A stretch of DNA of 46,637 nt from Armatimonadota bacterium (lineage in GTDB: Bacteria; Armatimonadota; Armatimonadia; Armatimonadales; Armatimonadaceae). Under the pieces are notes generated by a model. It searched no databases, was not told where the DNA came from, and saw only the letters and a list, made by a program, of their open reading frames with translations. Position 1 is the first letter of the stretch, and every line of letters begins with the position of its first letter. Made by a program: the position numbers and the translations under genes. The stretch is from the NCBI GenBank assembly GCA_043754515.1, contig JAYUUO010000086.1:1-46637 (forward strand), in the 5' to 3' direction. Positions 36,522-46,360 of this stretch are shown piece after piece.

Positions 36522-37970
36522 GTGGCTAACAGACCGAGCGGCGGAACATTTGTAGGGCTTGACATCGGCACCGCCAGTATAAAGGTGGTGCAGGTCAAGG
36601 GCGCGGGCGCGACCCTGGAAGTCACGGCACTCGGCGTCGCCGACACACCGCCGGGCACCATCCAGCAGGGTCTGGTCGCGGATGCCAAGACGCTAGGGGC
36701 CGCGATCAAGTCCCTGCTGACCAGAAGTGGCATTCGCTCCGGTCGGTGCGTGTCGGCGGCGTCCGGCAACGCGAGTGTCGTGGTACGCGTGATCGAGGTA
36801 CAGAAGATGACACCCAAGGAACTCGCGGAGACCATGAAGTGGGAGATCGAGCGGCATATCCCCTTCGCTGCGAACGACGTGGAGATGGGTTACCAGAAGA
36901 TTGACGACCCCCAGTCCGACGCCGACCCGAACAATCCCAACATGGAAGTGCTACTCGCGGTCGCGCAACGCGACATGGTCGCCGGGCACCTTAAAACCCT
37001 AGAGGCCGCCGGTCTCCAACCTTTCTCGATCGACGTCGAGCCGCTCGCCATCGGCCGCGCCCTGCTCGACCTCGATAACACCGGGCTGGCGTCGCGCAAC
37101 GTGGCGGTGATCAACATCGGCGCGGCGAACACGGACGTCGGTATTTACAAGAACGGAACGCTCCGCTTCCCGCGCGCCGTTCCCATTGCGGGCGATACGT
37201 TCACCCGAAACATCGCCGACCATCTCGGCATCAGCATGGATCAAGCCGAGGACGAGAAACGCCAGAACGCGTCGGTGATGATGGACGTGCTGGAATCGGC
37301 GCAAGCAACACCCGAGAATGGTCCCTTCGGAACGGAAAACTTCGGCGCGTCGCCCTTCGACGCGCCGGGCATCCCCCCGGCGAACCCGTTCGACACGGCA
37401 CCGACTCCGCTCGCGAACCCGTTCGCCGCGCCCGTGCCGAGCCCATTCGGCGGCCCAGTCGCCGCGTTCGACGCGCCGCCCGCGAATCCGTTCGGCGTGC
37501 CCCCGCCCAACCCATTCGGTTCCGACCCGGCAAGCTCCCTCGGCACCGCCCCCGATGGCGGCGCGGCGGCGTACGAGGCACCCGCCTCAAGCCCATTCGA
37601 TGCCCCGGTGGCGACGCCCGCGCCGGAGGACCCGAGAAGGCGGCGTCAGCGCGAGATATTCGACGCGTTGTTCCCCGTTCTCGGAGAACTCGCCGTCGAA
37701 GTGGGTCGTAGCGTAGACTTCTTCCGTTCGCGGTACCCGAGCGAGACGATTGATCAAGTGGTTTTATGCGGCGGTTCCGCGCAGATCCCGAACTTGGACA
37801 AGTTCTTCCAGCGCGAACTGGGAATCCCGACGCGGATCGCGAACCCGTTCCAATCGGTCCGCAACAGCAGTCGCCAAATAGACCCGATGGCACTCGAAAA
37901 GATGGCACCGATATTCGCCGTCGCGCTCGGCCTCGCCGCTCGAGACGCGGTGATCGGGTCGGACAAGTAA
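36522..37970 (+). CDS. pilM: Type IV pilus assembly protein PilM (with Pro/NPF-rich insertion)
   Basis: VGLDIGTASIK, WEIERHIPF, IDVEPLA, INIGAANT, LCGGSA and AVALGLA. Confidence 0.93.
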   Translation: MANRPSGGTFVGLDIGTASIKVVQVKGAGATLEVTALGVADTPPGTIQQGLVADAKTLGAAIKSLLTRSGIRSGRCVSAASGNASVVVRVIEVQKMTPKELAETMKWEIERHIPFAANDVEMGYQKIDDPQSDADPNNPNMEVLLAVAQRDMVAGHLKTLEAAGLQPFSIDVEPLAIGRALLDLDNTGLASRNVAVINIGAANTDVGIYKNGTLRFPRAVPIAGDTFTRNIADHLGISMDQAEDEKRQNASVMMDVLESAQATPENGPFGTENFGASPFDAPGIPPANPFDTAPTPLANPFAAPVPSPFGGPVAAFDAPPANPFGVPPPNPFGSDPASSLGTAPDGGAAAYEAPASSPFDAPVATPAPEDPRRRRQREIFDALFPVLGELAVEVGRSVDFFRSRYPSETIDQVVLCGGSAQIPNLDKFFQRELGIPTRIANPFQSVRNSSRQIDPMALEKMAPIFAVALGLAARDAVIGSDK

Positions 37971-38085
37971 AATAGTTGAAGTCAAGTAGCCGATTCGCGG
38001 TCAAAACCGGTGAGCGGGTTTCGCGCATCCCCCTGTTCGCCACTGACGCTCGGCACTCACCCAAGGGAACTACACGGAAAAGTCT

Positions 38086-38868
38086 ATGTCGGCACTAAGA
38101 ATAAACCTACTACCGGCGTCCATCGCGGAAAGACGGCAGACGCAACAGGCACTCGTCGCGTGCGTCGCCCTCTCCGCGTTGCTGGTCGGCGCGTCGCTCG
38201 CCTATGCCGCGAGTCAACAAGTGAAAGCGAAGGCCGCGGAGACCGAAGCGGACGCGATGGAGACGCAGGCGACAGGGAAGGCGAAGGAAGTCTCCGATAT
38301 CAAGGCCGAGGCCAGCAAGCTCAGGGCGCAGATTCAGCCCATCAGCGACCGGGTTGACTTCGTCAAACAGGTCAAGTTTTACAACACCTGGGTACAGAAG
38401 ATCTACCGACGCGCCGCACTCTACACCGACAGCCGGGTCGAGTACTCCTCAATGGCAGTGAACGGCGGCACGCTCGCGATGACGGGATATGTGCAGAGCG
38501 TGGACGATCTGGCGCGCTACCTGATCACGTTCTATGGTAACCCGGACGTCACGGCGGTGTCGGTGTCAGGCCCTCCGGGTTGGCAACGGCCGTCGCAGGT
38601 GTCCATCAACCCCCTCCAGCAGAGCGCGACCGCGCCCAAAGGGTTTAGTTTTTCGGTGAACGCCACGTTATATAAGGCACTCCAGAGACCGGCTCTGCCG
38701 ACCTCGCTGGGAGGCGACCCGGTGGCCACGGAAGCACCGCCTAAGGGAGCGCCCACGGCGACGACAACGACCGGGGGCAGTGGCAAAAAAGGGGCTGGCC
38801 CGACGACGCCCCCCACCGCCCCTAGCGTCACCGCAAGCCCTGGCGGCCCGAACGACGGCGGACAGTGA
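38086..38868 (+). CDS. pilN: PilN-like protein
   Basis: RINLLP PilM-binding motif, TM helix and coiled coil; follows pilM. Confidence 0.85.
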   Translation: MSALRINLLPASIAERRQTQQALVACVALSALLVGASLAYAASQQVKAKAAETEADAMETQATGKAKEVSDIKAEASKLRAQIQPISDRVDFVKQVKFYNTWVQKIYRRAALYTDSRVEYSSMAVNGGTLAMTGYVQSVDDLARYLITFYGNPDVTAVSVSGPPGWQRPSQVSINPLQQSATAPKGFSFSVNATLYKALQRPALPTSLGGDPVATEAPPKGAPTATTTTGGSGKKGAGPTTPPTAPSVTASPGGPNDGGQ

Positions 38869-38895
38869 TGCCCAAACGAGCGAAGGATCTATAGC

Positions 38896-39699
38896 GTGTT
38901 AGCAAAAATTAAATGGTTCCAGGTAGTGATCATCCTGGGTGTACTTACGGCACTCGCGGTCGCCGGCATATACATCTTCATGATCAAGCCGCTCAACGAG
39001 CGATTGGACGCGGCGAAAAGTAAACTGGATGTGCAGACTGCCGCGCTCGAGACGGCGAAAAAAGACAAGCCGAAGCAGGAACAGGATCGCGTCAAGGCGC
39101 GACAGGAAGTCGCCGACGCGCGACGAGACTGGGCCCGCTACGACCGCGCCCTGATGCCGAATATTGACTTGTCAAACCGCTTCGCGGCAACGAAGCAACT
39201 ATGGAACGAGCAACTACGCGTCCTCGGACCCAAAGTGCTTAAGTTCCTTTACGACGACCGCTCCATACACGTGGTCACCGAGACTATTTCCATCCCGACC
39301 CCAGTCGGCGACCCGAACGCGGTGGTGAAAAAGGTGTTCGTCTACCCACTAGGCAACATTACTGTTGCGGGTAACTTCGAGCAGGTTTTACGGCACACGG
39401 AGCGTTGGAACAAGTTCAGCCGCCTCGCTCTCGTGGATGGTTTAACCCTTTCGGGCAACTCGCCGACGCTCACCGGCACCTACACCGTGACGTTGTACGA
39501 GATTACGCACTTCGACAAGGTCGGCACGGCGATCCCGCAAGCGGCCCCAGCAACCGGCGGTGGCGGGTTCCCCGGCGGTGGCGGGTTCCCCGGTGGCGGT
39601 CCCGGTGGCCCTCCGCAAGGGTTCCAGGGGGCACCCTTCATTCCGCCCGGCGCGAACGGGCCACCGCCAGGGATTAGCGGCGGCGGACAGGAGAGATAA
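38896..39699 (+). CDS. pilO: PilO-like protein
   Basis: TM helix, coiled coil and ITVAGNFEQVLRH...RLALVDGLTL; operon position. Confidence 0.72.
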   Translation: MLAKIKWFQVVIILGVLTALAVAGIYIFMIKPLNERLDAAKSKLDVQTAALETAKKDKPKQEQDRVKARQEVADARRDWARYDRALMPNIDLSNRFAATKQLWNEQLRVLGPKVLKFLYDDRSIHVVTETISIPTPVGDPNAVVKKVFVYPLGNITVAGNFEQVLRHTERWNKFSRLALVDGLTLSGNSPTLTGTYTVTLYEITHFDKVGTAIPQAAPATGGGGFPGGGGFPGGGPGGPPQGFQGAPFIPPGANGPPPGISGGGQER

Positions 39700-39702
39700 A
39701 GC

Positions 39703-40644
39703 ATGAGTACACCAACCATCGAAACGAAAAAACCGGGGGTGCCACGCGCGGCACTCCTAGGCGGGGCGTTACTGTTTCTGGCGGGACTCGCCTACGCCGG
39801 ATTCTCGCTATCAGGTAAGCCGGCAACGGATACCACCGTGGCGGACGCGCCCCCGCTACCCCCAGTGTCGCGAAAGGCACCCGTGAGAGCCAAGGCAGGT
39901 AAACCTGCGGCGGTAGCGAAGCGCATCGTAGCGACCCCAGCCGACTCCGCGCTCGCGGCGGCGAAGGCACAGGCACTCCAGGCGGGCGGCACCCCGGGCG
40001 GGCGCATACTCTATGACACCTCGTTCGACAACGTGCCCAAGAGTCTGGGAGGCTCGGACGCTCGGGTATTCCCGGTGACGCCGAGTCCCGCGACAGATAA
40101 CGGCGGCAAAGTACGTCCCATCGTTCTCGGTAGACTCCCCAACGGGTTACGGGGCGATCCATTCGTGTCGCGCCTGATCGTGCCCCTCCCACGCGAGTTC
40201 GCCTATACCCTCGCGGTGCCGATCCGGTTGGCACGCCAGCCGAGACCCATCGTGGTAAGAGGACCAGATATACCTGCCGACATCGCTCTCGGGCCGCTCC
40301 CATATATCCCGCGCCGCGTGGCGGGCTTTCTGGAGTTCGGCGGCGTGTCGGCGATCCTGGAGACGGGCAACTTCGGCTCCGGGGAGATCAACATCGTTCA
40401 GCCCGGTTCGAGGGTCGCGAGTGGCGATGCGGCTATCGGCCCACTCACCGTCGAGAGTATAAGTAGCACCGAGGTAGTGCTACGCTCGGATGACAAGCGC
40501 CGAACCAGGGTCGCGCTCTCAGGCGTGCCGGGCGGCATCGCGGTTCCCTCCCGTGGTTCGCAGGGAGCTCCCCGGGGCGGTCCGCCCCCGGGATTCAATG
40601 GTGGAGGTGGCAACGGCGGGGGCGGGGCGATGGGTGCCGACTAG
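39703..40644 (+). CDS. PilP-like bitopic protein
   Basis: TM helix, RGDPF motif and a C-terminal beta domain (SAILE...IVQPG...VESISSTEVVL); lies between pilO and the secretin genes. Confidence 0.55.
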   Translation: MSTPTIETKKPGVPRAALLGGALLFLAGLAYAGFSLSGKPATDTTVADAPPLPPVSRKAPVRAKAGKPAAVAKRIVATPADSALAAAKAQALQAGGTPGGRILYDTSFDNVPKSLGGSDARVFPVTPSPATDNGGKVRPIVLGRLPNGLRGDPFVSRLIVPLPREFAYTLAVPIRLARQPRPIVVRGPDIPADIALGPLPYIPRRVAGFLEFGGVSAILETGNFGSGEINIVQPGSRVASGDAAIGPLTVESISSTEVVLRSDDKRRTRVALSGVPGGIAVPSRGSQGAPRGGPPPGFNGGGGNGGGGAMGAD

Positions 40645-40704
40645 GTGGGTTGCCCGTCCCCGATGTTAATATGATTCGGCGCAAGCCCTTGAGTAATGGC
40701 TTAG

Positions 40705-41439
40705 ATGAACGAAAGCGAGAGTGAACGAACCGTGATGAATAAACGAAAAATACTGTGCGCGCTGTGCGCGATGAGCCTCCTGGGAGGCATCGTGCTGACG
40801 ATCGGCACGCCGAAAGCGGCGTGGGCGCAGGCGACGACGCCCCCGAACGTGACTCTGGATTTGCAGGACGCACCCATCCGCGCTGCACTAGAGCAGATCT
40901 TCCGGAGTGCCAAGGTGGACTACTCCATTGACCCCACCGTACAAGGCTATGTGAACCTGAAGGTGACTGATATTCCGTTCGAGAACGCGCTGAAATTGAT
41001 CCTGCGCTCCTCGACTTCCCCTCTCACCTACTCCCGCGAGGGCAACATATACCTTGTCAAGCCTCGCGCCGTGGACGCTGCCGGTATCGTTCAACCGGCT
41101 AACCCCGAAGGCCCGGACGGCGGCCCGAAACGTACCAACTATGAGCAGATCGAGCTAACCTACGTGGATCCAGCGGATCTGGCGCAGTTGCTCGGAATCA
41201 CTATCCTTAAGGTCGGTGTTCGCCAGCCGCAAGGCGGTCAGGGCGGCGGCGGCGGACTGGGTGGCGGCGGCGGCTTAGGAGGTGGCGGCGGTATGGGCGG
41301 CGGAGGCGGATTAGGCGGTGGTGGCGGCTTAGGCGGTGGAGGTGGTAGCTTCGGCGGCGGAGGCGGAGGCGGATTAGGCGGTGGCGGCGGCGGCGGCGGC
41401 ATTGTCAGCGGTGGCTTCGGCGGTGGGCGTGGTTTCTAG
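40705..41439 (+). CDS. Stand-alone secretin/TonB N-terminal (STN/N0) domain protein with a poly-Gly tail
   Basis: Signal peptide (AWA-QA); VTLDLQDAPIRAALEQIF...VQGYVNLKVTDIPFENALKLIL. Start may be 40735. Confidence 0.8.
   Translation: MNESESERTVMNKRKILCALCAMSLLGGIVLTIGTPKAAWAQATTPPNVTLDLQDAPIRAALEQIFRSAKVDYSIDPTVQGYVNLKVTDIPFENALKLILRSSTSPLTYSREGNIYLVKPRAVDAAGIVQPANPEGPDGGPKRTNYEQIELTYVDPADLAQLLGITILKVGVRQPQGGQGGGGGLGGGGGLGGGGGMGGGGGLGGGGGLGGGGGSFGGGGGGGLGGGGGGGGIVSGGFGGGRGF
41231..41436 (+). repeat. Low-complexity Gly-codon repeat encoding (GGGGG[L/M/F])n
   Basis: Runs of GGC/GGT/GGA codons at the end of the STN gene. Confidence 0.85.
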
Positions 41440-41490
41440 CGCGGGCGGCCAGTAACTTCAATGATGGTAAAGAAAACAGTGGAGGACGGA

Positions 41491-43140
41491 ATGCGTCATT
41501 TAGTGCGGCGCGGCAAAAATGCCGCCAACAAACCAGTCTACGCGGCGGCTCTGTGCCTTGCCGCGCTCACCCTCGCGCCGATCACGGCGCGGGCGGAAAC
41601 CCCGACCAGCGCGGTGACGCTGGATGTGCGCGAGGCGCGCCTTGAGGACGCGGTGCAACTACTCACCCGGCAGACCGGCGTGGACAACGTCGTTTTTGTC
41701 AACGTGAAGGGTAAGGAGTTCGGAGTGGTTACGGTCAAGATGACCGAGCAACCGTTCGAGAAGGTACTCCGCGCAATGGCGGCCTCCGCGGAAGCGACCG
41801 TGAGCCTCGAGGAGGGCGTCTACTACTTGCGCCCGCGCGGGTCGGAAACGGAAGCCCCGAAGGCGAAGACGCCTACCACGGTGCAACCGGCGCAGACCGC
41901 TAGAAAGCATAACTACCCGTGGATAATCATCCCGATGCAATACATGCTCCCGAGCACGCTGAAAAGTATCGCCGAGACGGGTATGACCGAGCTATTCGCC
42001 GATGACCCTTTACGCCCAAAGCTTGAAGCTGAGGTAAAGAAGCAACGCGATTCGCAGTCCGGCGGTCCCGGCTCGCAGATGATACAAACCAACGTGATCG
42101 GTAATGGCAATAATGTGGTGCCAACCCCGCAGAAGCCAGTAGAGAGCGAGGGTCTCTCCGCCGGGCGCGACGGGGGAGACTCCGCGGGTCAGCGCGGAGG
42201 ATTCGGCGGTCAGGGTGGCGGCGGTGCCGGAATCGGAGGGCGGCCCGGTGGGCAGGGCGCGGGTGGTGCGGGAGGGGGATTCTTGCCAGAAGGCGTGGAC
42301 CGCATCATCTCCTACGACGCGAACAACACGCTCCTCGTACAGGGTGATGCCGAAGGGATCGAGGAGCTACGCGCCCTCATCCGCTTCCTGGACGTTGCCC
42401 CGAAACAGGTATCCATTAAAGTTGAGTTCGTACAACTTAACATTACCGACTCCGATCAGTTCGGTATTGACTGGCAGTTCAAGTTTGCGAACAACATAGA
42501 CACTGCCATCCCGTCACAGGGTGGTTCGACCCCGACCCTGACGCTGGCGTACGCGAGCGGCAACACAGTCGCGAACCTGAGGGCATCCTTGCTACGGAAC
42601 ACGGGGAATCTGATCCAGTCGCCGATCATCGCGACCACGAATAATACCGCCGCGAGCGTCGCGTTCCAGGACAGCCAACCGGTCTTCATCTCGCAAACTC
42701 TGTTCGTGCAGGGGGCGGGAGCACAGCAGACCACGCAACCCGTGAACGTCACGGCGAGCAACGGCCTGAGCGTGACGCCGCATATCAACGGCGACAACTC
42801 GATCAGCATGGCACTCGCGCCGCAACTGCAACGCAACAACGTCGTGAACGGCCCGAACAACTCGCAGGGTATCGCGCAGACCACCCAACGGCTGACAACG
42901 TATCGCACCGTGCAGAACGGCGAGACAATCGTTCTCGGCGGTTTCATCACCCGGCAGGAAGACCGACAGACCATCAAGGTGCCGTTCCTGTCGGATCTGC
43001 CGATCATCGGAAACCTGTTTACGCAGAAGAACCGACAGGTGATCGGGAACGAGGTGCTGGTGTTCGTGACACCGACGATCATCGAAACCCGCTCACAGGG
43101 CACGACGGGCGTGATCGGTAGCCCGTCCCCAACTCCGTAA
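41491..43140 (+). CDS. pilQ: PilQ/GspD-family secretin
   Basis: GGAGG RBS and signal peptide; N0 and N3 (NNTLLVQG...IRFLDVAPKQVSI) domains; secretin core (LSVTPHIN, GETIVLGG, KVPFLSDLPIIGNLF, LVFVTPTII). Confidence 0.88.
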   Translation: MRHLVRRGKNAANKPVYAAALCLAALTLAPITARAETPTSAVTLDVREARLEDAVQLLTRQTGVDNVVFVNVKGKEFGVVTVKMTEQPFEKVLRAMAASAEATVSLEEGVYYLRPRGSETEAPKAKTPTTVQPAQTARKHNYPWIIIPMQYMLPSTLKSIAETGMTELFADDPLRPKLEAEVKKQRDSQSGGPGSQMIQTNVIGNGNNVVPTPQKPVESEGLSAGRDGGDSAGQRGGFGGQGGGGAGIGGRPGGQGAGGAGGGFLPEGVDRIISYDANNTLLVQGDAEGIEELRALIRFLDVAPKQVSIKVEFVQLNITDSDQFGIDWQFKFANNIDTAIPSQGGSTPTLTLAYASGNTVANLRASLLRNTGNLIQSPIIATTNNTAASVAFQDSQPVFISQTLFVQGAGAQQTTQPVNVTASNGLSVTPHINGDNSISMALAPQLQRNNVVNGPNNSQGIAQTTQRLTTYRTVQNGETIVLGGFITRQEDRQTIKVPFLSDLPIIGNLFTQKNRQVIGNEVLVFVTPTIIETRSQGTTGVIGSPSPTP

Positions 43141-43166
43141 AACGGCTGTTGGTCTTCGGTCGGGAC

Positions 43167-43201
43167 AAAAAAGGCCCCGCGCTACTTGGCGCGGGGCTTT
43201 T
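43167..43201. terminator. Bidirectional rho-independent terminator
   Basis: AAAAAAGGCCCCGCGC-tacttg-GCGCGGGGCTTTT. Confidence 0.85.
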
Positions 43202-43273
43202 CTTGTGCGCGGGGAGCGTCGTGACAGATTTTGAACTGCCGATCCGTCCGAAATATGATAGTATAAACCTGCT

Positions 43274-44443
43274 ATGTTTCGCTTTTTAACCGGCGGCGAG
43301 TCGCACGGGCCCGCCCTTTCTGCTGTTATCGAAGGCCTCCCCGCAGGAATGCCGCTTCTCGCCGAACCCATCAACGAGCAACTGCGCCGACGTCAGGGCG
43401 GCTACGGTCGCGGCGCGCGTCAGAAGATCGAAACGGACTCCGCCGAGATCCTGACCGGGGTGCGGTTCGGGCGCACTCTCGGGTCGCCCGTGACGATGCT
43501 TGTGCGCAATCGCGACTGGGAGAACTGGCGCGGGCGGATGCGCATAGAGCCAAACGAGGACGGCGTGGACGAGCCGAGCGCGATCACGATCCCCCGCCCC
43601 GGCCACGCGGATTACGTCGGCATGGTCAAGTATGGCCACGACGACTTGCGTAACGTACTAGAGCGGTCGTCGGCTCGGAACACGGCCACCCTGGTCGCGG
43701 TCGGCGCGGTCGCGCGTCTCCTGCTGACCGAGTTTGGCGTGCGCATCGTCTCGCATGTCACGCGTATCGGCTCCGAGGCGGCACCCGCTGTCACGGGGCT
43801 AACGGCGTCCGAGATTTACGACGCTGCGGAAGCCTCCCCCGTCCGGTGCGTGGATGAGGGGGCGAGCGAGCGGATCGTATCTTTGATTGACGGATGCAAA
43901 AAGCGCGGTGATACGCTTGGCGGCATTTTCGAGGTGGTTGCGTTCGGACTGCCCGTTGGCCTCGGTTCGTATGTCCATTGGGACAAGCGCATTGACGGGC
44001 GACTCGCGATGGCGATGATGAGCATCAATGCGATCAAAGGGGTCGAGATCGGAATGGGTTTTGGGGTCGCCGAAGTACCCGGTTCACAGGTTCACGACGA
44101 GTTTACACCGGGCGGCGATACCGGGGTTCAGCGGCTGACGAATCGGGCAGGTGGCACGGAGGGTGGTATAACAAACGGCGAACCGCTGGTGATCCGCGCC
44201 GCGATGAAGCCTATCGCGACACTGATGCGCCAACTCGGGTCTGTAGACCTGTCAACCGGCGAGGCGAAGCCGGCGTTCGCGGAGCGGTCCGACGTTTGCG
44301 CGGTTCCGGCGGCGGCGGTGATCGGCGAAGCGATGGTGGGAATTACGCTGGCTCAGGCGTTGCTGGAAAAGTTCGGGGGTGACTCGCTCGCCGAAGTGCG
44401 GCGCAACTACGAATCGTTCGCCGCGACGTACCACCGGGAATAG
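43274..44443 (+). CDS. aroC: Chorismate synthase
   Basis: TGGESHG, RRQGGYGRG, PRPGHAD, ERSSAR, GGTEGGITNG and RSDVCAVP. Confidence 0.97.
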   Translation: MFRFLTGGESHGPALSAVIEGLPAGMPLLAEPINEQLRRRQGGYGRGARQKIETDSAEILTGVRFGRTLGSPVTMLVRNRDWENWRGRMRIEPNEDGVDEPSAITIPRPGHADYVGMVKYGHDDLRNVLERSSARNTATLVAVGAVARLLLTEFGVRIVSHVTRIGSEAAPAVTGLTASEIYDAAEASPVRCVDEGASERIVSLIDGCKKRGDTLGGIFEVVAFGLPVGLGSYVHWDKRIDGRLAMAMMSINAIKGVEIGMGFGVAEVPGSQVHDEFTPGGDTGVQRLTNRAGGTEGGITNGEPLVIRAAMKPIATLMRQLGSVDLSTGEAKPAFAERSDVCAVPAAAVIGEAMVGITLAQALLEKFGGDSLAEVRRNYESFAATYHRE

Positions 44444-44470
44444 CATGGTGATACGTCACTACGCTCGGGG

Positions 44471-46039
44471 TCACACCAACGCCCGTTCCGTGACCGCGTT
44501 CGCCTGACGCCCCGGCTCTTTCGTCAGCAGCTTGTTCAGCGCGTTCAGATAGGCTTTCGCGGCAGCGACGATGATGTCGGTGTGCGCGGCGTGTCCCGTA
44601 AAAATGTCATCCCCCGCCCGCACCCGGATCGTGATCGCGGCTTGCGCGTCCGTACCTTCGGTGACCGACTGGAGCGCGATCTCCGTCAGGTCATTCGGGA
44701 CGCGCACGATGCGGTTAATCGCCCGGTACACCGCGTCCACCGGCCCATTTCCGGTGTCGGCGTCCATCAGAATCGCCCGGTTCTCATGGCGCAGTTTCAC
44801 AGTTGCCGTCGGCATCGCCCCGTCACCGGACATCACTTGAAGCGCGACTAGTTCGTAGATCTGTGTCGCCGGGTGCCGCGCCTCGTCGGTCGCGAGTGCC
44901 TCCAGATCCTCGTCATAGACCACCTTCTTGCGATCCGCGACGCCTAAAAACCGCTGGTACACGCGCTCGAACTGCTCGTCGGCATCGAACGTGTATCCGA
45001 GTTCAGTTAAACGGTGCTTCACCCCGGCGCGTCCCGAACGCGGCGACAGAATGATCTTCGACTCGTTGATGCCGACCGTTTTCGGGTCCATGATCTCGTA
45101 GGTCGAACGCTCTTTAAGCACCCCATCCTGATGAATGCCCGACGAGTGCGCGAATGCGTTCGCCCCGATGATCGCCTTGTTCGGTTGGACGAAGATACCG
45201 GTCAGGTTCGAGACGAGGCGCGACGTCTTGAAGATTTCGGTGGTCGTGATGCCAGTGGAAAGGCCGACGAAGAAGTCGCGGCGCGTCTCGATCGCCATCA
45301 CTATCTCTTCGAGTGCCGTATTTCCCGCGCGCTCCCCGATCCCATTGATAGTGCATTCCACCTGCCGCGCCCCGTTCTTTACGGCGGCGAGTGAGTTCGC
45401 GGTTGCCATCCCCAGGTCGTTGTGACAATGCGCTGAAATGATGGCACTATCTGTGTTCGGCACGTGCTCCAGAATGCCACGGATTAACGCCCCGTATTCA
45501 TCCGGCGTCGTATAACCGGTGGTGTCAGGAACGTTTATCACGGTCGCGCCCGCGTTAATGACGGCTTCTATGACCCGGTACAGATAGTCGGATTCGGCGC
45601 GTCCGGCGTCCTCGGTAAAATACTCAATGTCCTCGCATCCCAGCGACTTGGCGTGCTTCACGGCAGCGACACCCATCTCCAGTGCCTCATCCGCCGTTTT
45701 GCGCAACTTATGGCGCAGGTGGCTTTCGCTCACGCCGAGGCCGGTGTGGATGCGCGGGCGTTTCGCGCCTTTGAGCGCGTCCCACGCCACGTCAATATCG
45801 CCCGCTTTCGCCCGCGTCAGACCACAGACCACCGCGTTTTGCACAAGCCCGGCGATACGGCGCACGGCTTCAAAATCGCCGGGTGACGAGATCGGGAACC
45901 CCGCCTCGATGACGTCTACGCCAAGCCGTTCGAGTTGTCGGGCGATCTCCAACTTCTCCTCAATGTTGAGCGAGGCACCCGGCGACTGCTCCCCGTCCCG
46001 CAGGGTAGTGTCGAAGATAAAAATTCGGTTTGTGGACAT
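44471..46039 (-). CDS. leuA: 2-isopropylmalate synthase
   Basis: DTTLRDGEQSPG, HCHNDLG, GIGERAGN, HSSGIHQDG and the regulatory-domain GNGPVDA. Confidence 0.97.
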   Translation of the reverse strand: MSTNRIFIFDTTLRDGEQSPGASLNIEEKLEIARQLERLGVDVIEAGFPISSPGDFEAVRRIAGLVQNAVVCGLTRAKAGDIDVAWDALKGAKRPRIHTGLGVSESHLRHKLRKTADEALEMGVAAVKHAKSLGCEDIEYFTEDAGRAESDYLYRVIEAVINAGATVINVPDTTGYTTPDEYGALIRGILEHVPNTDSAIISAHCHNDLGMATANSLAAVKNGARQVECTINGIGERAGNTALEEIVMAIETRRDFFVGLSTGITTTEIFKTSRLVSNLTGIFVQPNKAIIGANAFAHSSGIHQDGVLKERSTYEIMDPKTVGINESKIILSPRSGRAGVKHRLTELGYTFDADEQFERVYQRFLGVADRKKVVYDEDLEALATDEARHPATQIYELVALQVMSGDGAMPTATVKLRHENRAILMDADTGNGPVDAVYRAINRIVRVPNDLTEIALQSVTEGTDAQAAITIRVRAGDDIFTGHAAHTDIIVAAAKAYLNALNKLLTKEPGRQANAVTERALV

Positions 46040-46074
46040 AATTAGCCTTACGTAACGGCGGGTACGAGTGCCCG

Positions 46075-46332
46075 CTATCGGTTCAACCGCCCCTTACGAG
46101 CGTCCTCACGCTCGCGCTGAATCTGCGAAGTAGGTGGGCCTTCGTGCGAACCGGACGGCTGGAACTCCTGCGCGTTCCGCAGGTAAACGATCAGCCAGAA
46201 CACGATGGAAATAAGGAGCAACACCGAGCCGATGATCGCGGCGAAACACCCCTGATCCGGCGTGATCGGGGTAGGGGCGAGGAGCCGGACCAGGTCTTCC
46301 GGCCCGCGTTTTTTGTGTCCATTGTTGTTCAT
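46075..46332 (-). CDS. Small single-TM hypothetical protein
   Basis: 85-aa ORF with a TM helix (GCFAAIIGSVLLLISIVFWLIVYL), co-oriented between ilvC and leuA. Confidence 0.6.
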   Translation of the reverse strand: MNNNGHKKRGPEDLVRLLAPTPITPDQGCFAAIIGSVLLLISIVFWLIVYLRNAQEFQPSGSHEGPPTSQIQREREDARKGRLNR

Positions 46333-46360
46333 AGCATTGCCCCCGCTCCGAAGTCCCCAA

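Noticed and set aside
41437..41460. The STN gene and the secretin ORF are in the same frame, separated by one TAG (possible read-through or split gene)
   Set aside because: The secretin has its own GGAGG RBS, signal peptide and N0 domain. Sharing a frame has a 1-in-3 chance.
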